Of a stretch of 64,000 bases of DNA, positions 53,601 through 64,000 are shown in pieces (within the stretch, counting starts at the first letter, position 1; each line of letters starts with the position of its first letter). A program made the translations under genes and the position numbers. A model generated the notes under the pieces. It was not told the DNA's origin. It ran no database searches and worked only from the letters and a program-made list of their open reading frames with translations. This DNA is from Botryllus schlosseri (Eukaryota), in the NCBI GenBank assembly GCA_051294905.1, contig CM119381.1:17484001-17548000 (forward strand), given 5' to 3'.

Positions 53601-56600
53601 TCGCATCAGCAGAAGTCGGATTCGTACGGAACACCGGACCCGAAGTCCGACTGGTTATCGGCGTATTGCAAAGGTACGCGTGCGACGCTGACACACAATT
53701 AGGGTTTTCTCTAGCTTGCTTAATTAATAATTCAATCACATAAAGAGGCGTCGCTTGCTTTTGGTCAGGAACCACTTGAGCTTCCACCGATCGGAAAGGC
53801 CCCAAATTTGGTCGATGACGATTATTTGGACAATACAACCAGTCGCGACCGATTAGCTAGCTAAATTTGTGGAAACAGCCGGTGCTATGAAGTTATGAAT
53901 TATTCCAGATTTTGAACGGAGATTCGTGTCGCTCCTTCCCTATCAGTTTGCGAAGTTCAAGACGTCGGTCGCGCTTCAGATCCTCCACCGGAAAAAGACG
54001 GAATTCAAGAGTCTTGCCGGCGACTCGACGCTTTTAACCAAATCCGAGCTGGACATTCATTTTCTTCCGTACGACTTCAAGCGGCTCGAGATCTACTCGA
54101 AAAACATGGCCGACTACCATCTGATACTGGACCTGCTGCCGTGCGTCGCGAGGCTGTTCTTCCTCCGCAAGATCGACGTGCCGCTGTCGTCGGCGCAAAA
54201 GGTACGGTGTTACCGATGTTGATCAAGCTAATATACGCGACTTATTTGCAGAAGTGGTCGAAATAGTCAGCATTGCCAGTAAGAGTAGAAATAACGCGGC
54301 CAAATTACAAGTAGACAGACTGTTTCAAGGGAGATTAGAAACTGATAGGTTTGAAAAGTACTCGAGTAGTTTTGAAACTTGGACTCAGTCACGGGTTCGC
54401 ATGCTTTAGCATTTGCTCGTAGTTGGCTACATTTGAAATTGCAAGATGCGTCTTCACAGAGGGGGACCAAGCAGTCGGCGTTGCTACTCAAGTAAAAGTA
54501 GAAGCAACGGCGTGACTTTCTGCTTGTTTAAAAGTTGAAGTAGCAATTACCGAAACATAGCAAAACTGCTTTGACTGGAAGTAGAAAATGGAACGTCTGA
54601 AAAGTGTTCAAATAGACACTTTCAGAAATTTTATTCGGTTGATTGTGTGCATCCTTGGGCACTGGGCAGTTACTTGGTGGTGGCTACTTTCGAATTTGCG
54701 AGATGCATCTTTGCGAGTAACGCAAAGTCGGTACTGGCACTACAAATGGGTACGATCTTTGAATTATATTTACCATTACCAGTTACTGTTACACAGGCTA
54801 AATTCGCGACGTTCTTACAACGATTTCACATGATGCAAACTTAACCCAAAACTAATTTATTTATTAAATTTCCAAGTGTTAACAGTAAGTAGTTTTACCA
54901 AAAAGGTTCAAGTGTACAAACATAACCAAGAATGACTAAGCGTTTCGTTACAGACTACGTCTGTAATTGCTATAGTGTGGTTTTGTAAATTCATCGCCAC
55001 TTGAGTATGTAGCGCAAATAGGCAAAACCTAGGTTGCTTGGCGACTTTGTTACCGACCGCCACTGGTTGTTCGCAGGCGATTTTGATGGGGATGGGCCTG
55101 CAGCACAAAAGCGTCGACGCGCTGGCGAAGGAACTCGGCTTGCCGTCGTCTCAAGTAAGCTTTTGTTTTCGCTCCCGGCCGGCGCATGCTGATGTCGTCG
55201 CTATTTGTAGATTCTGGGACTTTTCAACCGTACCGTCAGGAAGCTGACTGGTTTTCTCGACGAGGTCGTCGCAAAAGACGTCGAGATATCTCTGGAGGGC
55301 TTGAAACCGGCGAGCGCCGCGAAAGACGTCGACATGAAGCCCGTCGAGGTGTCTTTGGACGATGAACTGGTGAGATTTGAGGATGGTTGAAATGATTATA
55401 TCGGCTAATTTGTGGAGTCTGCTGCCACGGAGCAGAAGGAGAAGTAACATCGTAGATTGCTACTCTATTTCGAGTAGATATACTACTTTGAGTAAATTAG
55501 AAAATGGATGTCTGTAAAGTAATCTTGCGAGTAGTTTCAAAGGTGGCCATTTTGACAATTCCAGGGTGCGTCTTCACGACTTAACCGAAACGAAAAACTT
55601 CACTACAAATAGGTGCAATTTTCGAAAATGTGTTCATTGTTTTTTACCGCGAGACGGTTGCTATTTTGCCGTTTTGCCCATTCACTTATGGAAGCGATAC
55701 ATATTCCAAAACTACTTCTGCTTTACAAAATCCAAAGTTTAAAAAGGAAGTAGTTTTACCTTGATATGTTGAAGAAGTGGAAGCAGTCTAAAGACGTAAC
55801 CGTTTGAGACGAATGGATATCTGTGAGGGCTTGTTAATGTGGGTAGCAGGATTGCCATACAGAGTTAGTGGTAGGTTTCGTTTATCCGTTGTGACAACTT
55901 GTCATTATAGTGTTAAGCTGTGAATGTGCTAGAATTTCCAGCTGAAATTATTAGGATACTAACATCAGATCCACTATTCTGGTTGCTCTACTAACACACT
56001 GGTAAGAACATCAACGAGATGTAGTCATGTCAGGACAATAAACTCCCAGTACTCATAACAGATTGGTGATGACATGGTACTTGCGTGGACCTCCGTCGAT
56101 AATCGCGTATGCATGTGGTCTTGAAATTGGCGATGTTAAGAGCCGGCCGTGTTCAAGACAATGAATTGTTGAGTTATTGTGTAATCTTAAACCTTTTGAA
56201 AGTCCTTGCTATCCCTGATCATTTTTACGAACCGGAATCCTTGTTGGCGTGCTCAAATGTGCATGACATGTGAGGGATTTCATCTGTCAAATTTTGATTT
56301 CAAATTTAGGACCAAGCTGCCGAGGAAGTGAAGAAGAAGCACACGACTGAAATCAAAGCTGCCTTGGATGGTCTCGACTTGGCACAGTAAGATTTCAATT
56401 TCCAAACATTTTCGCTGAGAAATCATCCTCCAGGACACCACCACAAAGCATATTTGTTTTGCACATACAAACTTTTGAATGTGGAAATGCACTTTCATTA
56501 GTGTTTTCCATTTGATGTGAAAAGACTATTTTTCAGGTATGAGATTCGCGGGTCCAAGGATGATTGGGACAAAGCTTTGTCCAAGGGCAAGAAAGTGAAC

Positions 56601-56798
56601 ATCATCAGCGTCAAAAGGTATACTTATTATCAAGACACTTCTCTTGGAATTCAGAGTGGCAACTTTTTTATTTTGCTTAGCGGGGAGAAAAGAAGCGCCG
56701 ACAACGATGAATCGGTTGTGACGGAAGAAAAGTCGAAAGTTCGAAAAAAGAAGAAATTTGGCGAAAAGTCGAACAAAAAATTCCGCAAACAAAAATAG
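47693..56798 (+). CDS. NAT10: RNA cytidine acetyltransferase NAT10 (Kre33), 23 coding exons, 1042 aa
   Basis: Exons: 47693-47892, 48644-48815, 49103-49225, 49286-49347, 49632-49803, 49860-49983, 50051-50205, 50273-50371, 50458-50594, 50653-50740, 51019-51194, 52127-52223, 52283-52399, 52467-52610, 53080-53235, 53305-53438, 53507-53673, 53909-54201, 55077-55154, 55211-55369, 56310-56386, 56537-56617, 56681-56798 (3129 nt, all phases compatible). Motifs MVRKKVDNRIR, TAARGRGKS (Walker A), IDEAAAIP, RIATHPSYQSMGYG (GNAT acetyl-CoA site) and a Lys-rich C-terminus. 21 introns are GT-AG and one is AT-AC. Confidence 0.97.
48060..48375. repeat. Interspersed repeat in NAT10 intron 1 ending in a ~43-bp-arm inverted repeat (48261-48303 / 48332-48375)
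   Basis: Arms GGATATTTTCGGCTGATACTCGTCAGGGGTAATCGTCA and TGACGATTAGTCCTGACGAGTGTCAGCCGAAAATATTC. It shares CTTGGAGGTACAGAACT, TATATTCATATTGAAAT and the arm sequence with 60520-60640. Confidence 0.8.
51362..51923. mobile_element. Decayed hAT (Blackjack-like) MITE inside the U12 intron
   Basis: Ends TAGGGTCACCATA / TATGCTAACCCTA with subterminal GAGGACA and GGGACA repeats; no TSD recognisable. Confidence 0.6.
51555..51748. mobile_element. Small hAT MITE nested in the above, 194 bp
   Basis: TIRs CAATCTTCCCTCTAA / TTAGAGGGAGCATTG; perfect 8-bp TSD CCGGCAAC (51547-51554, 51749-51756). Confidence 0.87.
52698..52913 (-). mobile_element. Short (~215 bp) decayed derivative of the CAGAGGTGG hAT family in NAT10 intron 14
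   Basis: TGGTCAGTAACGAAGTGCTTCTAC at left and GACCACCTCT at right; similar to 57280-57491. Confidence 0.6.
53461..53480. repeat. (TAAT)5 microsatellite in 68-nt NAT10 intron 16
   Basis: taattaattaattaattaat. Confidence 0.9.
54249..55065 (+). mobile_element. Decayed ~817 bp member of the CAGAGGTGG hAT family filling NAT10 intron 18
   Basis: Left CAGAAGTGGTCGAAATAGTCAG and right ACTTTGTTACCGACCGCCACTG are degenerate family termini; flanks CTTATTTG / GTTGTTCG (5/8, possible decayed TSD); GTAGCGCAAATAGGCAAAACCTA shared with 13400-13579. Confidence 0.65.
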
Positions 56799-56861
56799 CC
56801 TTGGTTTCATGACCATGCGAATTTGTCGTGAAGGATGTCCGATTGTCCGTCCAGGGCGAGA

Positions 56862-56867
56862 AATAAA
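56862..56867 (+). terminator. Candidate polyadenylation signal of NAT10
   Basis: AATAAA 63 nt after the stop codon; a second AATAAA at 57063-57068. Confidence 0.5.
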
Positions 56868-57279
56868 TGTCAGCATCGGCGCTATCGTGTTTTCGTGACC
56901 ACAGCCTTTTTAGTCTGAATCCTTTTAGAATACAGGTGACTATGGTACCTGCTGCGTGATCGTGGAAGTGTCATTTCATGCTGTTTCGCGCATCGCAGCA
57001 TTTTCGGTGGGGTTGCGCGGTGTTAAATGTGTAATGATGGCAATACTTCATCGCATTTTGATAATAAAGCCATTCACTGCAAAGACTACTTTTTCGGATC
57101 TTCCGTGTTTATTGTTAGCCTTTGCGACCGTCAGACTTGTGGCATTTTCGACAATTATCAGCTTGGCTATGTTTACTTACTGGAGACGCACATTTTTATC
57201 GTTAATACCATGGTAGTTATGCGTTACTGCTGTTGGCCAAACGGTTCTCGAAATTGATAGCTTCGTAGTTCAACACGGA

Positions 57280-57491
57280 CGCGCCCGGTCAATAACAAAG
57301 TAGGCTACTTCTTTGCAGTACTAAGCAGATTTCACCTGTTTGAACTACTCTAGTTCTGATGTTGGGCTGCTTAGCGCTTATACTTTTCAGGCAAAACAAG
57401 GCCTAGAATACTTCTACGTGAATTTAGTAGAAATTTACGACGTTACTACTACTACTTGGGCATTAGTGATGAGTTTAGCTGATCGCCGCTG
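57280..57491 (-). mobile_element. Second short decayed derivative of the CAGAGGTGG hAT family
   Basis: GGTCAATAACAAAGTAG ... TGATCGCCGCTG ends; internal motifs (TTTGCAGTACT, GGCCTAGAA, TACTACTTG) shared with 52698-52913. Confidence 0.5.
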
Positions 57492-57721
57492 TTGCCTCAC
57501 CGCTGCAGGAGTTCAGAATTCCCAGCTATATTTGGCCGTAACGGTCTAGGACTTGGGGGGGGGGGGGGGAGAATTGCGCAAAAATTATGATCGACCAATT
57601 GAAGTGTTGTATTGTCGGGCCACATTACTCTGCCCGAATCTGAAGATACGTTGTTTTGCCGATCTGTGCGAAACGCGAAGACTATGTGGGGTTGCATTTA
57701 AAACAAATGGTTGTTTAAAAC

Positions 57722-59665
57722 CAGAGGTGGTCAGTAACGAAGTACTTCTACCATTTGGAAGTACTCAAATAGTTTTCCTCTACTTCTGGTACTTACTAGA
57801 GGTCGACCGATACTGATTTTTGCAGGTCGATACCGATTATCGACACACTCTCAAGGCCGATAACCGATATCATTGGCCGATATTATTATGAAAGGAGCAG
57901 AGAACCATTTCGTCAAAGGCAAGATGGCACTTGTACGGTACATGCCACAGAAAGCTGAACAACAAACGAGAAAACTGAAGATATAAAAAGTTATTGCTTG
58001 ATTGTGCATTTTCATGGAAATTTGGGATAACCCAAAAAGCAAGACGTGATACAGAAATGCAGATCAGTCCAGTAGAGGTACATTGTAATGCAGGGAGCAA
58101 AGTTTCTCTGCATGCTTGCTCGCCAGTTAAACTCGTCCGACAAGGGTAAATCAGTCACGTATCGCCCTATGCGTCATCGATTTCTTGAGATTGAGAACGG
58201 AGCATTGAATTTCCAATATTTTAGAATTTTTTCATGTATAAAATATTGGCCGCGATATCGACCTTCATAGGCCGATATCGATAATCGGGAAACCTCCAAA
58301 CATCAGCCTCGATAATCGGCCAGGTCGATAATCGGTCGACCTCTAGTACTTACTCAAGTAGATCTGATTTTCTCTACTTCTACTTCGTAATTTTTTGTGA
58401 TCTACTTACTTATTTTTCGCTACTTTCAGTCTGTCAAGTAGAAGTAGTTTCATCCCCAATACGAAAGATAGCCTGAGGAATTTCGGGGTTGTTTTCACAG
58501 AGTACCAACATTTAATATTCATAAAAGTCAAGTAACCCAGAAGCTTAGTTGTGCTTCGCGCACAGTAGTCATGGAGTGACAAATGTGTTTTGACGAAAGT
58601 ATCAATGAACATAATTTAGGTATCGGATTTCTTGGTTCAGCTCACACCGCATTGGCGCTCATATCAAATATTTCATCACAGTAAATACGGCCCACCATAA
58701 CGCTTGAAACTTATCGTTTCGCAATCTAGCAATTAGCTATAAGTCGGCAGTTACGGAATAAAATGAAGAATATTGGCCTGGTGTAAATGACCATAGTAGT
58801 CGACAAACACCATGAATAGGCCTACCTCAAAACCAACCATCCAAACCTTTCATATCGTATTCTAGCAGCCTAAGACGTGTCCTGTCAATCTGGAAAATCC
58901 GGCTTTTTTGACGTTACACCTTTTTTAGCAGATCATCTCTGAAGCTTTATGGACAATACACTAAATACATGAAATATATTTTCCGCTTTTTAGAAGTGGT
59001 ATTTGTATTTCACATTCAATTCCGAGTATCATACTTTGATTTCGAATTACTTTCAGTTCTTTCGTCTGCAGAACATACATGTTGAAGGACAAAAGCAAGT
59101 GTAGTAATGCTTCTGTTTACCGAAAATAAAGCTACACTGAATATAAATTTACAATCCACAATATTTGTTATCAACGTATAGTAATCGCGCAAAGTGTTGA
59201 AACCTCCTATATAAAACTTTTCGGTATTGCTCTTCGTCTAAACTTGGGGCCTTATAATATGGGGTAGGGTGCGATGCAATGATATTCTCTAAATGGGGTC
59301 TTCTAGTAAACAAAGGGTTAAAGTATCGCATTTTCATATCAATACTATAATTTGCATCCCATGATGCGAAAGAATGCTTATTCTGTCGAAAATTGATACC
59401 TCCTGGGATGCATCAATACGAATCAAGCTCTCTGCACCTTACGCATAGCTCAATTTGCAGCTTTTGACCGTCCATGCGAACGAATTAAGACTGTTTTCAA
59501 AACTACTTACTTACTTTGAGTAGATTTAAAGCCAGTCAATTCTACTTCTACTTCAAGTAGTTTTAGTGGCTTATGGAAGAAGTACTCCTACTCTTACTTG
59601 AGTAGAATTTTTCGTCGCTACTTCTACTTCCACTTGAGCTTTCTTGACTACTTTGACCACCTCTG
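57722..59665 (-). mobile_element. Non-autonomous hAT element, CAGAGGTGG family, copy 3 (inverted, with nested insertion)
   Basis: TIRs CAGAGGTGGTCA / TGACCACCTCTG; perfect TSD TTTAAAAC (57714-57721, 59666-59673); reverse complement colinear with copies 1 and 2 but more diverged. Confidence 0.93.
57797..58345. mobile_element. hAT MITE nested in copy 3, 549 bp
   Basis: Perfect 15-bp TIRs TAGAGGTCGACCGAT / ATCGGTCGACCTCTA; perfect TSD GTACTTAC; CCGATA/ATCGG subterminal repeats. Confidence 0.94.
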
Positions 59666-60180
59666 TTTAAAACACTTTGTTTGAAACATATTTTACAGTT
59701 TTTGAACAAAGGCGTTTTTGAAAAACAGAAATGTTATTTTCAAGTTATATAACTGTGTAAATACTTTGAAAAAAATATGTTGTATGAGCCTACGAACGAC
59801 AATTACCACCCGATATAGCCGACGTATACGATATCCGATATGACAGGTTGGAACGCACGAAGTAGTTTGTTCAACAGCTATAGCACGTAGATATAGATCA
59901 TTGGTACGAAATGAATGTTCTGATGATGATGACCGCCGACCGTAAAAATTCTGCAAGACTATGTAGTCCTGGTTAAAGATATTTTTGGTCCGTATATGAG
60001 AGTGTTTGAAAGCCTATTTCAAGGAGCTATATTTATCGTGTATTTTCAGTTGCTTCGGGTTTTAATATATTTATGATGTTAATATATTATTAAAATGTAT
60101 ATTTAAATTCTGTACGCCAAAAAGTATTTTCGATTGTGAATATGAATTTACTATGACGTCACAATTGAATATGTGTGACG

Positions 60181-60270
60181 CAGGGCTGCGGAGTCGGTAA
60201 ATTCTACCACCGACTCCAACTCCGACTCCTGAGTCTTTCAACGTACCGACTGCGACTCCGGCTCCAACAG
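60181..60270 (+). mobile_element. Left end of a CAGGGCTGCGGAGTCGG-type MITE
   Basis: CAGGGCTGCGGAGTCGG followed by tandem CCGACTCC units; right end not found. Confidence 0.55.
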
Positions 60271-60519
60271 TATATTACCGGTTTGGTTCGAAAATTATAG
60301 GACACAGTGGCGGTTAAATGACCATTATATAACCATTAAACATATGCAAACATATGATTAACGGTAGCATGCAAAATTGTTTTATTGTGGCACAGCTCGA
60401 ATTTTATTCACTATGCAATTAACATAGAAGAATGCATTTTTAAATATGCTTCCTTTTTTCATTTTTTCTTAGTTTTTATAACATGAATAATTCAAACATG
60501 ACATATATACAATCATTTA

Positions 60520-60640
60520 TAAAGAGCTTCTTGGAGGTACAGAACTTCAATATACAATTAAATAGTATATTCATATTGAAATGAACCCGAATATTTTCGG
60601 CTGACACTCGTCAGGGGTAATCGTCAGCAACTAGTAGAGA
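60520..60640 (-). repeat. Second locus of the repeat found in NAT10 intron 1
   Basis: CTTGGAGGTACAGAACT, TATATTCATATTGAAAT and GAATATTTTCGGCTGACACTCGTCAGGGGTAATCGTCAGCAACT shared with 48060-48375. Confidence 0.78.
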
Positions 60641-61330
60641 ATTGGAAAGAACATTGTATATCAACAATCGTATCACAAAATATGACGTCACCAGCATGAA
60701 ATTTCGAATGAGAGAGCGTTCAATGTACTATTTTTAGGTGGTACACGAACTCCTTTTGTTGACAGAGTTTTGGTTGGTGTATTTATAATTTATAATCAAA
60801 ATGTCGGGATAAAACAATCGAAGTGTAGCTCTTGTGTATGAGTCAGCAACTAATACAGATATGTAAGTTACTAATTTTCTCATTACACATACTGATTACA
60901 AGCACATACACACTCTCACTGCTGATAAACATTGGCCAGATCCAAAATTTTGGAAGTTGTCAAATAGCACACGTTTATTCCACATGCAGTTAGTGAAGTA
61001 TTCAAGGACTAGGACTTGCGCTCTTTCTTAATCATTTGTTCGACCCAAGCAGCTGAGCTACACTAAAAATATTTTGAATTTTGTCAAGTGGAAAGCAGCG
61101 TTTGGTTATATTTACATCAATTTTAGAATTCTACAAAACTAGATGATGTATTTTCTCTGTCGCCGTATAATTCCGAAAATTGCATCAATTTTTGACTGCA
61201 TCGCGAAGATGCATATTGCAACTGCAACTGAATTGCAATTTGCAAATGATGTTTAGTTTTTATCAATATCGCTTATTCGCTACTAATAACAGTGATTGAT
61301 GGTACATAAAAATCCTATTTTAGTTATTAT

Positions 61331-61899
61331 TAGGGCAAGTTTTTGCAACTATTGCAAGCTTCCTAATTACTCGGAAGTTATGTAGCATGGTGTTTTAAGC
61401 TGTTTGGAGGAATCCCATAGTGCAACTTTTTGCAACATTTCTCCATTTTTTCAGACAATTTTTTTCAACTTTATCGGTATTTCATGCAACTTTTTCCGAT
61501 TTTTCATGTAAATTTTTGCAAGATTATTTTTCGATTTTTCATGCATCTTACTTTTTACTGGAAATATTTGGCACTATGTGAATAGATCGCTCGATTATTT
61601 CACAGTCGTTCAAATTTGAGGTCCTTTCTGATTTGACGTATATTCAGGCTAGATCGCCGAAAATTATATTTTCACTGGGTAAATTTTTTCAGGCTTTCGA
61701 TTTTGTCGAAGTCGGCAATATTGAGTTTTGCTACAGTGACTTGGATATGGATCGATTTCAGTATCTCATACCCTCATGATTTCAACGAACTTGTCCATAA
61801 ATACAACTGTAGTGTAACTTTTGTGAAAAATAAATGCAACTTTTGTAAAAAAAATGATGCAGCTTTCGTCGGATTTGACTGCAACAAAAACTTGCACTA
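61331..61899. mobile_element. hAT-type MITE, 569 bp
   Basis: TIRs TAGGGCAAGTTTTTG / CAAAAACTTGCACTA; perfect 8-bp TSD GTTATTAT; ATGCAACTTTT subterminal repeats. Confidence 0.87.
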
Positions 61900-61965
61900 G
61901 TTATTATTTGTAATTTAAAGATACCTTTGAAAGCAATTGTTTTCAATTGTTTTCTGGTGTGACGC

Positions 61966-62062
61966 CAGGGCTTAAAAAAACAATAAAAAACATGTTTTAA
62001 ACAAGGTCTTTGTTTCAAACATGTTTTTTTTAAATTGATTTTTGTTTTGAAACACAATCCCA
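61966..62062. repeat. Small AT-rich MITE-like repeat (CAGGG...; AAACAT/TGTTT arrays)
   Basis: CAGGGCTTAAAAAAAC start, internal AAACATGTTT palindromes; CTTTGTTTCAAACAT matches the sequence flanking copy 3 at about 59675-59690. Confidence 0.4.
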
Positions 62063-63835
62063 AGGATCGGTCTATTCTATATCTCTTCGTGCAGTGTATT
62101 TGATTGCTAGTAAATCCGTATCTGGAGTGTCAGCGGTCGAAACACCAATGTTCTTATGGTCTCATGACATGCCTGTAGCCTACATTCTTGTCCGATATGT
62201 GGGATTCATGATTTTGGGATACAGCTATGATGTCAACGCCTGCCTTTTCCAACGACATGTCGTGTTGTTTTTACCGTAATTACGGGAGAGGCATTGTTAT
62301 ATTGACCGGGCTGAGGCTTACGTCTCGTGTTCCGGTTTTGTTCGACCTTTTGTATCATGGTAATAACCCTTTAATCACAGCTCGCACTGACTATGCTCCG
62401 TAGCAATAACAATATCATTCATCCGACATGTACGGTTGTACGCGCGCTACTGGCAACGCCCCCGATTGTTATTATACACACGGGACGGGTCAAAAGTGTA
62501 GTATGACTTCATATTTTGGCAACAGTTAAGCTAGATAGCATAAATGGATATGGGCGGTTATCTGTTGAGTTTGCGATACAATAGATTATCGAATCTTCAG
62601 TAAGATATTCTAGCTAGGCCGGTTAAAAGCGGATATGGTTTTGAACTACATGCAGCTTCTCCAGCCAAAGAACTAATAGCCATCAGTTAACCCTGAATTA
62701 TAACCGAATGTGGCCTGGTGACGACGTACATCCCCATACTTTTAGGGCGGTTTTTGAAGCAGCCTTTATTCATTTACTTGCCTACTGGTCGCAGTGTCAA
62801 TTCTTAAATGATATACAATACATGTTTCTTTATTGCCCCTAGAAGGCAGATATATAGCCTATGTACGCTATATACTACAAGGACCATCTTCATAACCTGT
62901 CCAACCCAATGTTCATTTCATACCTATATATTCTCTGGTTCCACCGACAAGATAGCGTAATAGTGGAGGTCTGGCTTCTTTTGATCGGTAGGTCGTGGCT
63001 CGAGGGTAGCTGTAGCGGTAGCTTCTCCGCTTGGCGCTCAGCATATCTGGGATAGCATGGAGGGGTGGGGCAAGACTTACAAAGCCTTGCAAGACAATAT
63101 CTGCACTTTCCTTGTCCAATGTCCAGCGGCATATGCATATCATGCATACCACGGATGCATGATATGCACATTTACAATGTACATTGTACATAATGTGTCG
63201 GTGTATATACGCCGCTAAAACATTAAGAACAAAAATAAATAATGTCCTATTCTCCTATTCTATTCCACAAATCTACCATGGCTGACAGTTAGTCGCCTAC
63301 GTATGTCCTATGAATGTCTCTATTGGAGATTTATTGCTCGTATTGCTCAATCGCACACACCGTGTGTATAATGGTTAATGAATGATATTTATGGTCCGTT
63401 GTGTGAGATTGATCCTGGACTCCGAAGAGCAGCCCTACAATATCGGGCGCAAGCGAACTCAAAGTGACCTCAGATCCAGGGAAATGTTAGCAACGATCGA
63501 GTTACTCTGTCATCTATGATAAGACACGCGCTCTAGTAATATTTGTATTACTCATGTTATGAATTGCACCAGGCGCATTTTCATTTGTTGACTTTCACAG
63601 AGAAAATGGCATATTTTGGAGACAGCACCATGAAAGAAAGTGAGGCAACAGTTATATCAAGGCCGTGTTATTTTTGGCATTTCGGGAGCCAAATGCCAAA
63701 ACTACCAAAATTAAAAAATTTAAAATGCCAAAAATAAGACTTTTTCAAAATATAGATTTTTATGAAAGATTTTGATACGAATGTCAACAAGAATTGGCGA
63801 GAGTTTTTAAGAAGCGACAAAACAAGTGTGTGAAG

Positions 63836-63910
63836 CAGAATTCTCAAATTAGGGTCCATGAATCCTTCGGGGGTCCGCAGACTATATCCTAGGGGTCCAT
63901 GAAACGTGAA
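63836..63910 (+). mobile_element. Decayed left end of a Charlie-like element
   Basis: CAGAATTCTCAAATTAGGGTCCATG...GGGGTCCGC...GGGGTCCATG: the reverse complement of the CGGACCCC subterminal motif seen in 11216-12072. Confidence 0.45.
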
Positions 63911-64000
63911 TGAAAAGGTCAAAAAGTACAGTGAATAAATCCGGAATTACGGCCTATCTGTGGATTGATCAATCCAGAGATTTGGACCCTTATGAATTGT

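Noticed and set aside
56066-56218. GTGATGA ... CTGA pair in NAT10 intron 20 as a C/D snoRNA
   Set aside because: No terminal stem and no rRNA-antisense element recognised. I also saw no U13/SNORD13-like guide (GAACCTTGTTACGAC) in the NAT10 introns.
57555-57569. G15 run
   Set aside because: Simple homopolymer between repeats; no functional evidence.
63134-63168. Perfect 14-bp hairpin TGCATATCATGCAT / ATGCATGATATGCA
   Set aside because: Low-complexity ATGC palindrome, too short for a pre-miRNA, no supporting context.
1-64000. CRISPR arrays, rRNA/tRNA genes, prokaryotic or viral systems, and the remaining 60-120 aa ORFs
   Set aside because: No regularly spaced repeat-spacer array or RNA gene recognised. 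The other short ORFs lack recognisable domains and are antisense shadows, intron read-through or chance.

Overview
Eukaryotic animal DNA, not prokaryotic. A compact invertebrate chordate such as an ascidian tunicate is my best inference, from the 56-69 nt introns, tight gene spacing and chordate-like proteins; the species cannot be fixed from sequence. Three genes are supported. (1) The first coding exon (9800-9317, minus) of a transcription factor starting with the NuRD-recruiting motif MSRRKQSKPQH (SALL/spalt or BCL11 type); the rest of the gene appears to lie beyond position 1. (2) A single-exon acylglycerol kinase, AGK (46293-47567, plus). (3) Only 125 nt downstream, a 23-exon NAT10 RNA cytidine acetyltransferase (47693-56798, plus, 1042 aa reconstructed by hand), whose intron 11 is an AT-AC U12-type intron. 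Between the TF and AGK lies a ~36 kb region with no recognisable gene, a 152-N gap and many non-autonomous hAT elements with 8-bp TSDs (some nested), plus two LINE 3' remnants. Most notable: the AT-AC minor intron; the AGK-NAT10 arrangement (either an SL-trans-spliced operon or AGK nested in a retained first intron of NAT10); and a repeat carrying a minimal hammerhead-ribozyme-like motif in NAT10 intron 1. All alignments and translations were done by eye; no database searches were run.
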